64,000 nt of DNA from Nitrosopumilus sp. (GTDB lineage Archaea > Thermoproteota > Nitrososphaeria > Nitrososphaerales > Nitrosopumilaceae): the NCBI GenBank assembly GCA_965205425.1, contig CBDBGZ010000009.1, forward strand, positions 832,001 through 896,000, read 5' to 3'. Below, one piece after another: positions 20,503 through 30,965 of this stretch (positions within the stretch are counted from its first letter, which is position 1; each line of letters opens with the position of its first letter). The notes beneath the pieces are model-generated. The model did no database searches, was not told where the DNA came from, and was given only the letters and a program-made list of their open reading frames with translations. Both the position numbers and the translations under genes were made by a program.

Positions 20503-21480
20503 ATGTCAAATCAAAATAGCATCAGTAAAAATTTTAGAAAATTTGTTAGAGTAAAAACTTCTTCTAATCTCTATGTTCAAAAATTAGTTAATTCATTTTA
20601 TTACATTTATTGTGATTTGACATCTTTTTTACATGTAAATCCAGATTTTCTAATAATTGAGGCTGAAAAATCTGGAACCACCTCATTATATGAATATCTT
20701 GCTCAACATCCATCTGTTTATCCATCTCGTGGAAAAGAAATTTATTATTTTGATAAAAAATTTGATAAAAAATTTGATAAAAAATTTGATAAAAAATTTG
20801 ATAAAAAATTTGATAAAAAATTTGATAAAAAATTTGATAAAAAATTTAGTTGGTACAAACTTTTTTTTCCATTTAAGTGGAAAAAATTTTTCATTAAAAC
20901 TTTAAAGAAAAATAAATTCATTAGAGGTGAAGCTACTCCTAGATATCTAAATCATCCACTAGCTCCAAAACGTGTGGCAAAATTAATTCCAAATGTAAAA
21001 ATCATTATAATGCTACGTAATCCTGTGGATAGGGCATATTCACATTATCAAATGGAATTTGATTACCGTCGGGATAAACTTTCTTTTGAAGATGCTATTG
21101 AAAAAGAAAATGAAAGAATTGGGGGTGAATTTGAAAAAATGGAAAAAATTCCTACTTATTATAGTACAAAATACTATTGGTTCTCTCATTTGAAAGCTGG
21201 AATTTATCATGAACAAATAAAGAGATGGAAAAATTTTTTTCCAAAAGAACAATTCTTGATTGTTAAAAGTGAAGATCTTTATGAATATCCTACACAAACT
21301 TACAATCATGTTTTAAAATTTTTAAATTTACCTGAATTTACATTGAAGAATTATAAAAAATTCAGAAATCGTGATTATGTAAAAATGAATGAAAAAACTA
21401 GGTCTAAATTAATTGATTTTTACAAATTACATAATGAAAAATTGTATAATTATTTAGGGAAGAATTTTGATTGGAAGTAA
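20503..21480 (+). CDS. Sulfotransferase with internal (FDKK)8 expansion
   Basis: KSGTTSL 5'-PSB loop, GEATPRY, MLRNPVDRAYSHY 3'-PB motif. Confidence 0.85.
   Translation: MSNQNSISKNFRKFVRVKTSSNLYVQKLVNSFYYIYCDLTSFLHVNPDFLIIEAEKSGTTSLYEYLAQHPSVYPSRGKEIYYFDKKFDKKFDKKFDKKFDKKFDKKFDKKFDKKFSWYKLFFPFKWKKFFIKTLKKNKFIRGEATPRYLNHPLAPKRVAKLIPNVKIIIMLRNPVDRAYSHYQMEFDYRRDKLSFEDAIEKENERIGGEFEKMEKIPTYYSTKYYWFSHLKAGIYHEQIKRWKNFFPKEQFLIVKSEDLYEYPTQTYNHVLKFLNLPEFTLKNYKKFRNRDYVKMNEKTRSKLIDFYKLHNEKLYNYLGKNFDWK
20749..20844 (+). repeat. Perfect 12-bp tandem repeat (TTTGATAAAAAA)x8, in frame
   Basis: Counted directly in the sequence. Confidence 0.97.
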
Positions 21481-21518
21481 TGTATTTTTATTTATTAAAA
21501 ATGGATGTGGAATCATAA

Positions 21519-22940
21519 ATGTCTAAACATTGGTTTACTGTTTATCTAACTGAACATTATTCTAAAAATAAAAAATTAGGATTAGATATAGGATGTAAAA
21601 CTAAACCATATGAAAATAATTACAAATGTGCTTGTATTGGTTTAGATTTACCTTCTGATATTTTTCAAAATAATAGTTCAAAACCTGATATTTATGGAAC
21701 TGGAGACACTCTCCCATTCCCAGATAATTCGTTTGATTTTATTACGTGTTATTCAGTAGTGCCCTATGTAAAAAATATTGATAGATTTTTTAGTGAAATG
21801 AATCGAGTAGTCAAACCATCTGGGACTTCTGTTATAATTATAATGAATTTACGTGGTTTAAATTTACAACCTCAGACAAAGTTTGAAAATCGTTTTAATT
21901 CTACTCAATTACATAAAAAATTAAAGCAAAATGGGTTTGAATCAATCAAATTCAAAAATCCTAAAGCATTTTTGTTATCTACATATTATGATTTTACAAG
22001 TGTATATGCATATGCTATAGTTAAATCCAAAAAATCAATGATCAAATCAAAATCAAATTTCGGTTCTAGAATGTATTTCCATTCAATATTAAATAATCAT
22101 CCTAAATTATATCAAATTAGTAGAAATTTATTCAGACAATATTGTAAAGTAACTCATAATTTTCACACTACACCTACTTATCTAATCATAGGGGCTGCTA
22201 AATGTGGTACAAGTTCTTTACATGAATATTTAATGCAGCATCCATGTGTAGGAAAAGTATTAACTAAACAATTGCATTTCTTTGATCGATATTTTGAACG
22301 TGGTACAGATTGGTATAAAGTATGTTTACCTTTTGTTTGGAATAAATTTTATGTTGAACATTATTTGAAAAAGAATTTTGCTACTGGAGAAGCCACTGCC
22401 CATTACATTAATCACCCCTCAGCTCCAAAACGTGTTGCAGAAATTCTTCCAAATGTCAAAATCATAGTAATGCTACGTAATCCCGTAGATAGGGCTTATT
22501 CACATTATCAAATGGAATTTAATAATAAAAATGAAGATTTATCATTTGAAGATGCAATTTCAGAAGAACCAAATAGAATCAAGGGTGAAATTGAAAAATT
22601 AGAAAAAGATTCTTCATATTATAGTAAGAATTTTCCTCATAGAGCATATATTGATAGTAGTAAATATGTAAATCAATTAGAAAAATGGTCTGAATATTTT
22701 CCTATTGAACAATTCCACTTTGTTAAAACTGAAGACTTTAAAATAAATCCTTCAAAAATTTATAATGAAACATTAGAATTTTTAGATCTTCCTAAACATG
22801 AACTAGGTGAATATAAAAAAATTCGTGAACGAAAATATGAAAAAATGAGTGATACTACAAAAAAAGATCTACTAGAGTTTTTCAAACCTTATAATGATAG
22901 ACTTTATAAAATGACTGGAAAAAATTTCCAATGGGAATAA
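21519..22940 (+). CDS. Methyltransferase-sulfotransferase fusion
   Basis: N-terminal LDIGC...LPFPDNSFD; C-terminal GAAKCGTSSL and LRNPVDRAYSHY. Confidence 0.85.
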   Translation: MSKHWFTVYLTEHYSKNKKLGLDIGCKTKPYENNYKCACIGLDLPSDIFQNNSSKPDIYGTGDTLPFPDNSFDFITCYSVVPYVKNIDRFFSEMNRVVKPSGTSVIIIMNLRGLNLQPQTKFENRFNSTQLHKKLKQNGFESIKFKNPKAFLLSTYYDFTSVYAYAIVKSKKSMIKSKSNFGSRMYFHSILNNHPKLYQISRNLFRQYCKVTHNFHTTPTYLIIGAAKCGTSSLHEYLMQHPCVGKVLTKQLHFFDRYFERGTDWYKVCLPFVWNKFYVEHYLKKNFATGEATAHYINHPSAPKRVAEILPNVKIIVMLRNPVDRAYSHYQMEFNNKNEDLSFEDAISEEPNRIKGEIEKLEKDSSYYSKNFPHRAYIDSSKYVNQLEKWSEYFPIEQFHFVKTEDFKINPSKIYNETLEFLDLPKHELGEYKKIRERKYEKMSDTTKKDLLEFFKPYNDRLYKMTGKNFQWE

Positions 22941-23109
22941 TTATCAAATGAAATTATGTTGGAATGGGTTAAAACAATCTTCAAATTTTCATGAAAAAAT
23001 CAAAATGAATTGATTGTTATTCTAGGAAATAGTCAAGTTCATATATTTCAAATTTTGATTTTTTGTCCACAAAATAATAGTTATAATTTTCTAAAAAGTA
23101 TAGTGTATT

Positions 23110-24078
23110 ATGATAAAAGTTGTAGAAAATTTTGAGCCTGATATTCATTGGAATGAAAGACTTCTCAAGGCTAAAATTGGTACAATGGTTCAAACTAAAG
23201 AAAGAGCAATAAATTTCACTAGGCGAAATGAAATTCCTGTATTTTTACATTTTATTGATGATTCAGGTAAAATTGTAGGACAAAATTTACTTGGCATTTT
23301 ACCTCGATTTACAGCAAGAAAAAGTAAAGCAATACTGAGAAAACTTCCTGGAATAAAAAATTCAACATATTCTTGGACATACGGTCCAATAATTTTTGAA
23401 AATAAAAAATCAAATGAAATTTTATCCGCATTTAAAAATTATCTTCTATCAAAAAAATCTAGAGTGCATGGTGTCACAAACCCATTATTATCTTTTGAAA
23501 ATTCAATATTTCAAAAAGATTTCAATATTCAGGAATGGTCTACTAGTATTATAGATCTTAAGATACCTTTGGATGAACTTTATAAAAAAATTTCAAAAAG
23601 TAATGGCCGTAAGAATATTCAAAGATCTATTAATCGTGGAGTTGAAATTGAATTAATTGATAAAAATAATCTCTATGATTACCATCTAATAAATAATGAA
23701 TTAAGAACAAAAATTGGAACTGCTACTGCAGATTATGAAAAATATGTTGAATGGTGGGATTTGATGCAACCCATAGGATATGCTGGATTTTTAGCTAAAA
23801 AGAATGGAAATCCAATTGGAGGAATATTGTTTTCATATTTTAATAAAATTATTGTAGAAGCTGGAGTTGCTCGTTCAGAATCTGATTTTAGAGAAAAATT
23901 ATATTCTCAAGATCTAATTAAATGGAAAATTATTGAATGGGGACACAATAATGGAATGAATTTTTATGATTTGGCCGGTTACAATCCATTTCCAACAAAT
24001 TCTAAGGAAGAAGGAATAAAGTCTTTTAAAGAAAAATGGGGTGGAAAAAAATATTCTTATTGGATTGTAAAAAAATGA
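23110..24078 (+). CDS. FemAB/FemX-like GNAT-fold acyl/aminoacyl transferase
   Basis: RKNIQRSINRGVEI, YDLAG, FKEKWGG motifs. Confidence 0.75.
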   Translation: MIKVVENFEPDIHWNERLLKAKIGTMVQTKERAINFTRRNEIPVFLHFIDDSGKIVGQNLLGILPRFTARKSKAILRKLPGIKNSTYSWTYGPIIFENKKSNEILSAFKNYLLSKKSRVHGVTNPLLSFENSIFQKDFNIQEWSTSIIDLKIPLDELYKKISKSNGRKNIQRSINRGVEIELIDKNNLYDYHLINNELRTKIGTATADYEKYVEWWDLMQPIGYAGFLAKKNGNPIGGILFSYFNKIIVEAGVARSESDFREKLYSQDLIKWKIIEWGHNNGMNFYDLAGYNPFPTNSKEEGIKSFKEKWGGKKYSYWIVKK

Positions 24079-24115
24079 TTTTTAGTTTTATATTTAAAGA
24101 GATGATGAAAAACTA

Positions 24116-25954
24116 ATGAAAGTTGTTTTTGGAACAAAATCAAATCGACTTGAAGATACGATTTTTGTAAGTGAAGAAGATTTTCAAATGTCATTTGGAT
24201 TTGATTCTTTTAAAATTCCTATTGATGCTCTGAATGAAATAGAAAAATCTTCTATTATGGGGAAAAATATTCCTAATTTACTTGAATTTGATGATTTTTC
24301 AATGTGGTGGTTCGTACACCCTACGGTATATCCAAAGTTTAAACAGGCTATTAGTTTTATTATAAAATTTAATGAATTTATAAAAAATGAAAATCCATCT
24401 CATATTAAGATAGAAAACAATTTTACATTTTTTGATTTAATTAAACAAATTTCTAATAAATCTAATATTGATTTCTCATATTCTACATTTGGATATTTAA
24501 AGTTCAAATTATTCTATATTTTTACAAATATTTTTCAAAAGTATAGGTATAGAAAAATCACAATTAATAAAATAAATAAACGAATGTCAAAGATTAAAAA
24601 AAATCATGATTTATCTTCTTTTTTAAGAAAAAAAATCATTTTTGTTATTCCTTCTACATATCGAAGACATGTTACCAATCTAAAAACTGGAAAATCTGAT
24701 AAGGGTGAATATATTCAACAAGGAATAATTGATTTAATTTCAAAAAAAGATCTTTTGTTAGGGATTGATGTTGATTATACTTTTCAAGGTGACAGTAATA
24801 CTTTAAATGAAAGATTAAATTCTGAAATGAATTGGATTCCATTAGAATACTTAATTCAGAAAAATTTTAAATTAACTATAGAACAAAAAAATTTCTTAGA
24901 TAATTACAAAAAAATAATTAAGAATAATGATTTTCAAAAATCTTTTGTATTTGATGATATTCATTTATGGAATCACGTTAAACCTGCATTTGAAAAAATG
25001 ACATTCTCTCCTTATTTGCCATTTTATCTTATTTTGTATTCCTCTTTAGTAGAAATTTTTAAAAATACTTCTCCCACCGCGGTATTTTTACCTTATGAAA
25101 CTGGCCCATTTGCTTTATGTTTTATTTTAGCTGCCAAAAAATTTAATGTAAAAACAATTGGATTGGCCCATGCAATTATATCTCCCAAAAATCCAATGTA
25201 TTCTTACAATAGACTAAGATCTGATGCAGATTTTCTTGGTTTTCCAATTCCTGATTTTACTCTTGTCTTTGGAAACCATTCAAAAAAAGTTCTTACAGAT
25301 TCAGGTTATCCAGATAATAAAATCATTCCATTTGGAAATGCAGCATTTTTCAATCTTGACAAATATGTAGATATATTAAAAAACAAATCACTATATGAAA
25401 AATATAAAATTCCAGAGAATAAAAAAATATTACTTTTTCCTACAGAATATTTGCAAGAAGAATATTTTAAAAAATATGGAAAATTTAATTATGATACTCA
25501 AATTTGGAAATATTTATTAGAAAATTTTCAAAATAACGATGATTGGATAGTCATATTAAAACCACATCCTACTGAAAAAATTAATGTTTATGAAAAAATT
25601 TTAGAAAATTATAATGCACCTAACTTTAAAATCATTCAAGATGATCTTTTTGAATTAATCTATATTTCAACTGTTGTGGTATCTATTTTTTCTCATGCTA
25701 TGATGGATGCAATTTGTTTAAAAAAGCCTGTAATCCGTGTGACATTTGATAATTTTAAACATGTAATCCCATATGATGAAAATGATGTAGTAATTTCAAC
25801 TGAATTAAACGATCTTCAATATTGGATTGATGAGATTTCAAGTAACCAAAAAATTATTAAAAAACTTCAAAAAAATCAACCTGATTTTATTAAACTACAA
25901 TATAATATACCTGAAGAAAATCCAGATAAAATAATTAATGATCTACTGGACTAA
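24116..25954 (+). CDS. Putative GT-B surface carbohydrate biosynthesis protein (CDP-glycerol transferase / capsule biosynthesis-like)
   Basis: ILKPHPTE motif, FSHAMMDAICLKKPV, next to the nonulosonate pathway. Confidence 0.55.
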   Translation: MKVVFGTKSNRLEDTIFVSEEDFQMSFGFDSFKIPIDALNEIEKSSIMGKNIPNLLEFDDFSMWWFVHPTVYPKFKQAISFIIKFNEFIKNENPSHIKIENNFTFFDLIKQISNKSNIDFSYSTFGYLKFKLFYIFTNIFQKYRYRKITINKINKRMSKIKKNHDLSSFLRKKIIFVIPSTYRRHVTNLKTGKSDKGEYIQQGIIDLISKKDLLLGIDVDYTFQGDSNTLNERLNSEMNWIPLEYLIQKNFKLTIEQKNFLDNYKKIIKNNDFQKSFVFDDIHLWNHVKPAFEKMTFSPYLPFYLILYSSLVEIFKNTSPTAVFLPYETGPFALCFILAAKKFNVKTIGLAHAIISPKNPMYSYNRLRSDADFLGFPIPDFTLVFGNHSKKVLTDSGYPDNKIIPFGNAAFFNLDKYVDILKNKSLYEKYKIPENKKILLFPTEYLQEEYFKKYGKFNYDTQIWKYLLENFQNNDDWIVILKPHPTEKINVYEKILENYNAPNFKIIQDDLFELIYISTVVVSIFSHAMMDAICLKKPVIRVTFDNFKHVIPYDENDVVISTELNDLQYWIDEISSNQKIIKKLQKNQPDFIKLQYNIPEENPDKIINDLLD

Positions 25955-26935
25955 TTTTTCCTCTAATAAGAGATTCTTGATTTCTTCCTTACTTAACAAT
26001 GGTACTTTATCTGAAGAATACCTCTCAATTAATTTTGCTTTTTTCAATCCATGTATCTCTGTCACATCATAATTTTGTGTCTGAGGCTCAAAAATAATAT
26101 AATCATCTTCTGATTCGTAAACATTTCTTAACTCATCTTCACTAATTAGTGATTCGTGAAATTTTTCACCTGGTCTTACTGAAATATTTTCTATTTGACA
26201 ATTAGAATTTTTTAATTCTACTATTGCATCTCGCAAAATTCCGGTTTTATATGCTTTTAATTTAGGAACAAAAACTTCTCCACCAATTCCTTTTTCATAG
26301 GCTCTTAAAATTAGGTTTAAAGCACTTTTCATGGTAATATTGAATCTTGTCATTTCAGGATCTGTAATTGTAATTTTATTCAATTTCTTAATTTGTTCTA
26401 AAAATAGAGGTACAACTGAACCTCTACTTCCTAAAACATTTCCATATCTTGCACAAACAAATTTAGTTTTATGATTACCTTTGTAATAATTTGCTGAAAT
26501 GAATAATCTTTCCATTAACATTTTGGTTGCACCATATGTGTTTAGAGGTGCTACAGCTTTATCTGTTCCAATTGCTATTGCAGCTTCCACATTTTGATCC
26601 AAACATGCTTCTATCAAATTTTGTGCTCCATACACGTTGGTTTTTACAGCTTCAAATGGATTATACTCTGCTACTGGAACATGTTTTAGTGCAGCTGCAT
26701 GAAAAACAATGTCTATATTTTCTAGTGCCCTTTCTAATCTGTCCTTATCTCTGATATCTCCAATTAAAAATCGTATTCTAGAATCTGTAAATTCTCTATG
26801 CATTCCAGTTTGTTTCCATTCATCTCTACTAAAAATTCTAATAGTTTCAACATCACTTTGTAATAATTTGTTTGTGAGTGCTTTTCCTAATGAACCAGTT
26901 CCACCTGTAATTAGAATTTTTTTCCCTTCATACAT
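25943..26935 (-). CDS. UDP-GlcNAc 4,6-dehydratase (PseB/CapD-like)
   Basis: TGGTGSLG, FSRDEWKQ, AAALKHVP, RYGNVLGSRGSV, RPGEKFHE. Confidence 0.9.
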   Translation of the reverse strand: MYEGKKILITGGTGSLGKALTNKLLQSDVETIRIFSRDEWKQTGMHREFTDSRIRFLIGDIRDKDRLERALENIDIVFHAAALKHVPVAEYNPFEAVKTNVYGAQNLIEACLDQNVEAAIAIGTDKAVAPLNTYGATKMLMERLFISANYYKGNHKTKFVCARYGNVLGSRGSVVPLFLEQIKKLNKITITDPEMTRFNITMKSALNLILRAYEKGIGGEVFVPKLKAYKTGILRDAIVELKNSNCQIENISVRPGEKFHESLISEDELRNVYESEDDYIIFEPQTQNYDVTEIHGLKKAKLIERYSSDKVPLLSKEEIKNLLLEEKLVQ

Positions 26936-27001
26936 TCTAATTTTTTATATAAAACATGTTTAATTAACTTATTTCATGTTGGTTAATTTTGTTTTAAAAA
27001 A

Positions 27002-27913
27002 TCATGTTGTATTTTTTGACTTAATCACTATGGATACATTACGACCAATGCCACATTTAGCCCATGACTTACATAAATTATAATAATTTTCCATTCCAGT
27101 TTGACTCATCAATAAATCTAATTTTACTCTGGCTTGATTTGCATCCTTACCATTTTCTTCATTAATTATATAATTTGAACCTGGATGAAATAGATAGAAA
27201 TCTATTGGAAATGATGAAAATAAATCAATTATTTTAAAATCCATCGAATTAATAAATTTGATAATATTTTTTGAATTAAAATAATTAAGATGTTCAGGTG
27301 GGGAAACCCAAAAATCATCTTTAATAAAATTAAATTCCTTGGCTTTTAATTGAATATCACTAAAATCATTTGGAACTCTTATCACAATTATTCCTTCTTT
27401 GGTTAATATTTTTTTTAAGTCTCGAAGTAATTGTCTAGGATCAATTACATGTTCTAGAACATTTTGTATTACACATACATCAAATTTCTCTGATTCATTA
27501 TAATTTTTAAGAAAATCAAAAATATTTTCTATTTTGATTTTTTTTAATAATTCTGGATTGAATTTTTTTATTCCTTCATCATTAAAATCAATTCCATTAA
27601 CTTTCCATCCTTTTTCTTTAGCTCTTGATAATAGAAAACCTTCTCCTACCCCAACTTCAAATAATGTTCCTTTATTTTTTTGCCACTTGGAATTTGATTT
27701 TAATATTGAATGCAAGCATAAATCATTCATTAAGTTGATATGACTAATTTCCTCATTGGTATAGGATTTCTGGTAATTTTTTCTAATTTTTTGTGATTTG
27801 TCATCATGAAATAATCCTGCATAATGTTTTTTGAGTTCTTCATTACTAGGTTTAGATTTAATAGTTCTAAATCCTGTTTTATCAGTGATGATCTCTTTTT
27901 TCAATATATACAC
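27002..27913 (-). CDS. Class I SAM-dependent methyltransferase
   Basis: EVGVGEG, NVLEHVIDP, PPEHLNYF. Confidence 0.85.
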   Translation of the reverse strand: MYILKKEIITDKTGFRTIKSKPSNEELKKHYAGLFHDDKSQKIRKNYQKSYTNEEISHINLMNDLCLHSILKSNSKWQKNKGTLFEVGVGEGFLLSRAKEKGWKVNGIDFNDEGIKKFNPELLKKIKIENIFDFLKNYNESEKFDVCVIQNVLEHVIDPRQLLRDLKKILTKEGIIVIRVPNDFSDIQLKAKEFNFIKDDFWVSPPEHLNYFNSKNIIKFINSMDFKIIDLFSSFPIDFYLFHPGSNYIINEENGKDANQARVKLDLLMSQTGMENYYNLCKSWAKCGIGRNVSIVIKSKNTT

Positions 27914-27914
27914 C

Positions 27915-28634
27915 TTAATTGATTCTAGTTAAAAGTTCTATCTGTTTTTTTAATTGTAAATGAGAATTTATTTTTTTTATTTGTTTGTCAATCTTACTTT
28001 TTTCTAAATATGTATTTTGATATAAAATAAAAGGTAAATTTATTTTATTTGCTGCTATGTAATCTTCTAATGAATTTCCAATAAATATAATTTTATTTTT
28101 AGCTATTGATTCTGATTCAATTATTTTGTTTAATAATTTCTTTTTAATTATTATCCTATTTTCCGATTTTCTATTATCTAAATTTATTTTATAATCTTCA
28201 CTAAAATAACTATCATCAAAATAATGATTGATTCCTCTCTCTTTTAGAAAAGATAAAATATTTTTTTTATTTTTTCTAGTAGTACATAATACTATTTTGA
28301 TTTTTTTTCTTTTTAAATAATATAGAATATATTTTGTGTAACTCTGTAATTCTAAATATTTCATTGATTTTTTTGAATTAAGAAATTTATTTCTCTCGTC
28401 TAAAAATTTCTTTATATCATTTGATTTGAAATCTTTTAAAAATTCCTTAATTATTTCTTCAGCAAGATAATTTTCTTTCCTTTTTTTCTTTATATATTTG
28501 GCATCTGGAATTTTTAATCCAAGCTTTTTGCATGGGATGATAAATGCATGATGATCTAATTTCTGATTATCTGTAATTGTATCATCAAAATCAAATATTA
28601 CTATATTATTCATGCTCAATTCTATTAATTTCAT
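27915..28634 (-). CDS. HAD-superfamily hydrolase
   Basis: IFDFDDTI motif I; FIGNSLED motif. Confidence 0.8.
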   Translation of the reverse strand: MKLIELSMNNIVIFDFDDTITDNQKLDHHAFIIPCKKLGLKIPDAKYIKKKRKENYLAEEIIKEFLKDFKSNDIKKFLDERNKFLNSKKSMKYLELQSYTKYILYYLKRKKIKIVLCTTRKNKKNILSFLKERGINHYFDDSYFSEDYKINLDNRKSENRIIIKKKLLNKIIESESIAKNKIIFIGNSLEDYIAANKINLPFILYQNTYLEKSKIDKQIKKINSHLQLKKQIELLTRIN

Positions 28635-29673
28635 CCAATGAAATGTATCTTTCTTGTAAATCCTTCATAACGTATCCTTCTTTGTATTCACTTTTTTCAG
28701 GAATCTCTCCAAATAACGCATATCTTGTAAACATATGTGGTTCATTATATCCAACCAAACATCTTGAACCTGTAGTTCCAGAGAATCTTGGATTAATTTC
28801 AAATGGTATTATTCCTGACTCTGTGTTTCTACACTGAATATTAATTGGTCCATTTGCTTTAATTGCAGCAGCAATTTTTTCTCCTTCTTTTCGAATTTTC
28901 TCAAATTTTGAAAATAGCCCTTGAGAAATACCTGATGACACAATGTATGTTTTGTTAGTTATTGGATTTGTAGATATTTGTCTTGTAGATAAACCTCCTT
29001 TCAACATTCTTTTCATAGCAATAGATGTACATACAGCACCTTCATCCAAATAAAGAATCCCTATGGTGTATTCTTCTTCAAAAATTCCTACATGTTCTTG
29101 AATAACTGGATCTAGACCATATTTTTTTAAATTTTCACAATAAAAATATAGTTCATTTTTATCATTTGCAAGATATACATTCCTAGAACCAGATCCTGTT
29201 CTTGCTTTTACAATAACTGGATAATCTTTAATGAACTCAATATCTTTTTTTTCAATATATAAAATTGTAAATGGAGTTTTAATTCCCTTTGAATTCAAAT
29301 ATTCAATTACATTAATTTTGTCTGAACATTTTTCGATTATATCTATTGGATTAGACAATACCTTGATATTATTTTCTTCAAAAATCTCTTTATTTTTTGC
29401 AATTTTTAAAATTTCAGGCTCTGAACCCCCAATAATTACACTTGCATTTTCTTTTTTTGCAATTTTCAATAAATCATCAGTATAATCAGATGATGTAGCT
29501 GGTGGAGTTAGATATTTTTTTGATGCTTCATACAGTCCTACACTAAGTGATGACATGTCTGTTGCAATAATTCTATATGGAGATGGAGCACTTTGAAATG
29601 CTTTCATTATTTCTCTACCCAAACTTGCACTTCCTACTCCTGTTACAAGAACGGATGTTTCATTTTTTTCCAA
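28606..29673 (-). CDS. ATP-grasp protein (carbamoyl-phosphate synthase-like)
   Basis: PVIVKARTGSGSR, FEINPRFSGT. Confidence 0.85.
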   Translation of the reverse strand: MEKNETSVLVTGVGSASLGREIMKAFQSAPSPYRIIATDMSSLSVGLYEASKKYLTPPATSSDYTDDLLKIAKKENASVIIGGSEPEILKIAKNKEIFEENNIKVLSNPIDIIEKCSDKINVIEYLNSKGIKTPFTILYIEKKDIEFIKDYPVIVKARTGSGSRNVYLANDKNELYFYCENLKKYGLDPVIQEHVGIFEEEYTIGILYLDEGAVCTSIAMKRMLKGGLSTRQISTNPITNKTYIVSSGISQGLFSKFEKIRKEGEKIAAAIKANGPINIQCRNTESGIIPFEINPRFSGTTGSRCLVGYNEPHMFTRYALFGEIPEKSEYKEGYVMKDLQERYISLDEINRIEHE

Positions 29674-29739
29674 AATATGATTCTAAATTATTACAAAAAT
29701 TATAGTATAAATGAATTTCCAGATACAATAATTTGAAAT

Positions 29740-30297
29740 TTAGTTAATACATCCATGAATTAAAGAGTCTACAAATTTCTCATTAACTAGAACATGTTTT
29801 TTTAAACGTCCTTCAAATTCAAACCCATTATTTTCTAATAATGATATGACAAATGGTCTAATATCAAAAGTTTCAGTATGTAATTTATTTAGTTTTAATT
29901 GTTCAAACGCTATTTGTTTAATTAATTTTAAAAATTCTTCAAAATCTTTTTGAAATATTTTACGATTTTTACTTCTTATTGTATTATTCAGAAATGATAA
30001 CTCAGCTCGTTTATTATCCCAATCAATATGCACTAAACCTCCATATCCAATACATTCATTATTATTCATCAGTGAACATAAAATCAAGTTTGGTTTAGGA
30101 TCTCTGAAACTTTTTTTAACAGTTTTTTTATAATATTCAACTTGTTCCTTTTTTTCTAGCACTTTTTTTTGCCTTAAAACCTTAATTTGCTCATTTCTCC
30201 ATTTTCTAATTTTTTGAATATCTTTTTCTCTTAAGGGTACCAAATAATATTCATTTGAAATTAGATTTTTGAAATTAATTTTTGAATATTCTTTCAT
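29740..30297 (-). CDS. GNAT N-acetyltransferase (PseH/RimJ-like)
   Basis: IRKWRN, IDWDNKRAE, GFEFEGRLK. Confidence 0.8.
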   Translation of the reverse strand: MKEYSKINFKNLISNEYYLVPLREKDIQKIRKWRNEQIKVLRQKKVLEKKEQVEYYKKTVKKSFRDPKPNLILCSLMNNNECIGYGGLVHIDWDNKRAELSFLNNTIRSKNRKIFQKDFEEFLKLIKQIAFEQLKLNKLHTETFDIRPFVISLLENNGFEFEGRLKKHVLVNEKFVDSLIHGCIN

Positions 30298-30386
30298 TTA
30301 TTTCACAATTTTTTAATCAATAAATGATTTAATTTTATCTATTTTGTAAAGATAACTATTTTACACTCAAAAAATTATCTGTTAAT

Positions 30387-30911
30387 ATGACACGAGTATT
30401 TCTTAGACCTCTTGAAAAAAACGATATTGATGATAATTATCTTTCTTGGTTTAGAGATGAAGAAGTCACAAAATTTTTGGAAGTAGATGGAAATGCGTTA
30501 ACAAAAGAAATAGTTGAAGAATACATCAATTTTGGTCTTAATTCTCAAACATATTATTTATTTGCTATTTGTTTATTTGATTCAAAAAAACATATTGGAA
30601 ATTTAAAAATTGGTCCTATCAATCACTTTCATGGATTTTCTGATTTAGTAACTGTCATAGGAGATAGAAGTCAATGGAAAAAAGGATTGGCGACTGAAGC
30701 TATTGATCTTGGAATCAAACTAGCATTTGAAAAGTATAATATTCGTAAATTATCTAGTGGAATTTATTCAGAAAATATTTCTAGTATCAAAGCATATGCA
30801 AACGCTGGTTTTTTTGTAGAAAGTACATTAAAAGATCATTTTTTGGTAGATGGAAAATATCAAGATAAAATAATTGTATCATGTTTCAATCCTAATTTTC
30901 TTAAAAAATAG
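30387..30911 (+). CDS. GNAT N-acetyltransferase (RimJ-like)
   Basis: HIGNLKIG, KKGLATEAI, NISSIKAY. Confidence 0.85.
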   Translation: MTRVFLRPLEKNDIDDNYLSWFRDEEVTKFLEVDGNALTKEIVEEYINFGLNSQTYYLFAICLFDSKKHIGNLKIGPINHFHGFSDLVTVIGDRSQWKKGLATEAIDLGIKLAFEKYNIRKLSSGIYSENISSIKAYANAGFFVESTLKDHFLVDGKYQDKIIVSCFNPNFLKK

Positions 30912-30965
30912 TTTCAATTTAAATAAAAAAATTCTTTATATGGTGATTTTTCTTTCATTCCATTA

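Noticed and set aside
20657..20905. ORF with (IKNL)n repeats
   Set aside because: Alternative-frame reading of the 12-bp VNTR inside the sulfotransferase.
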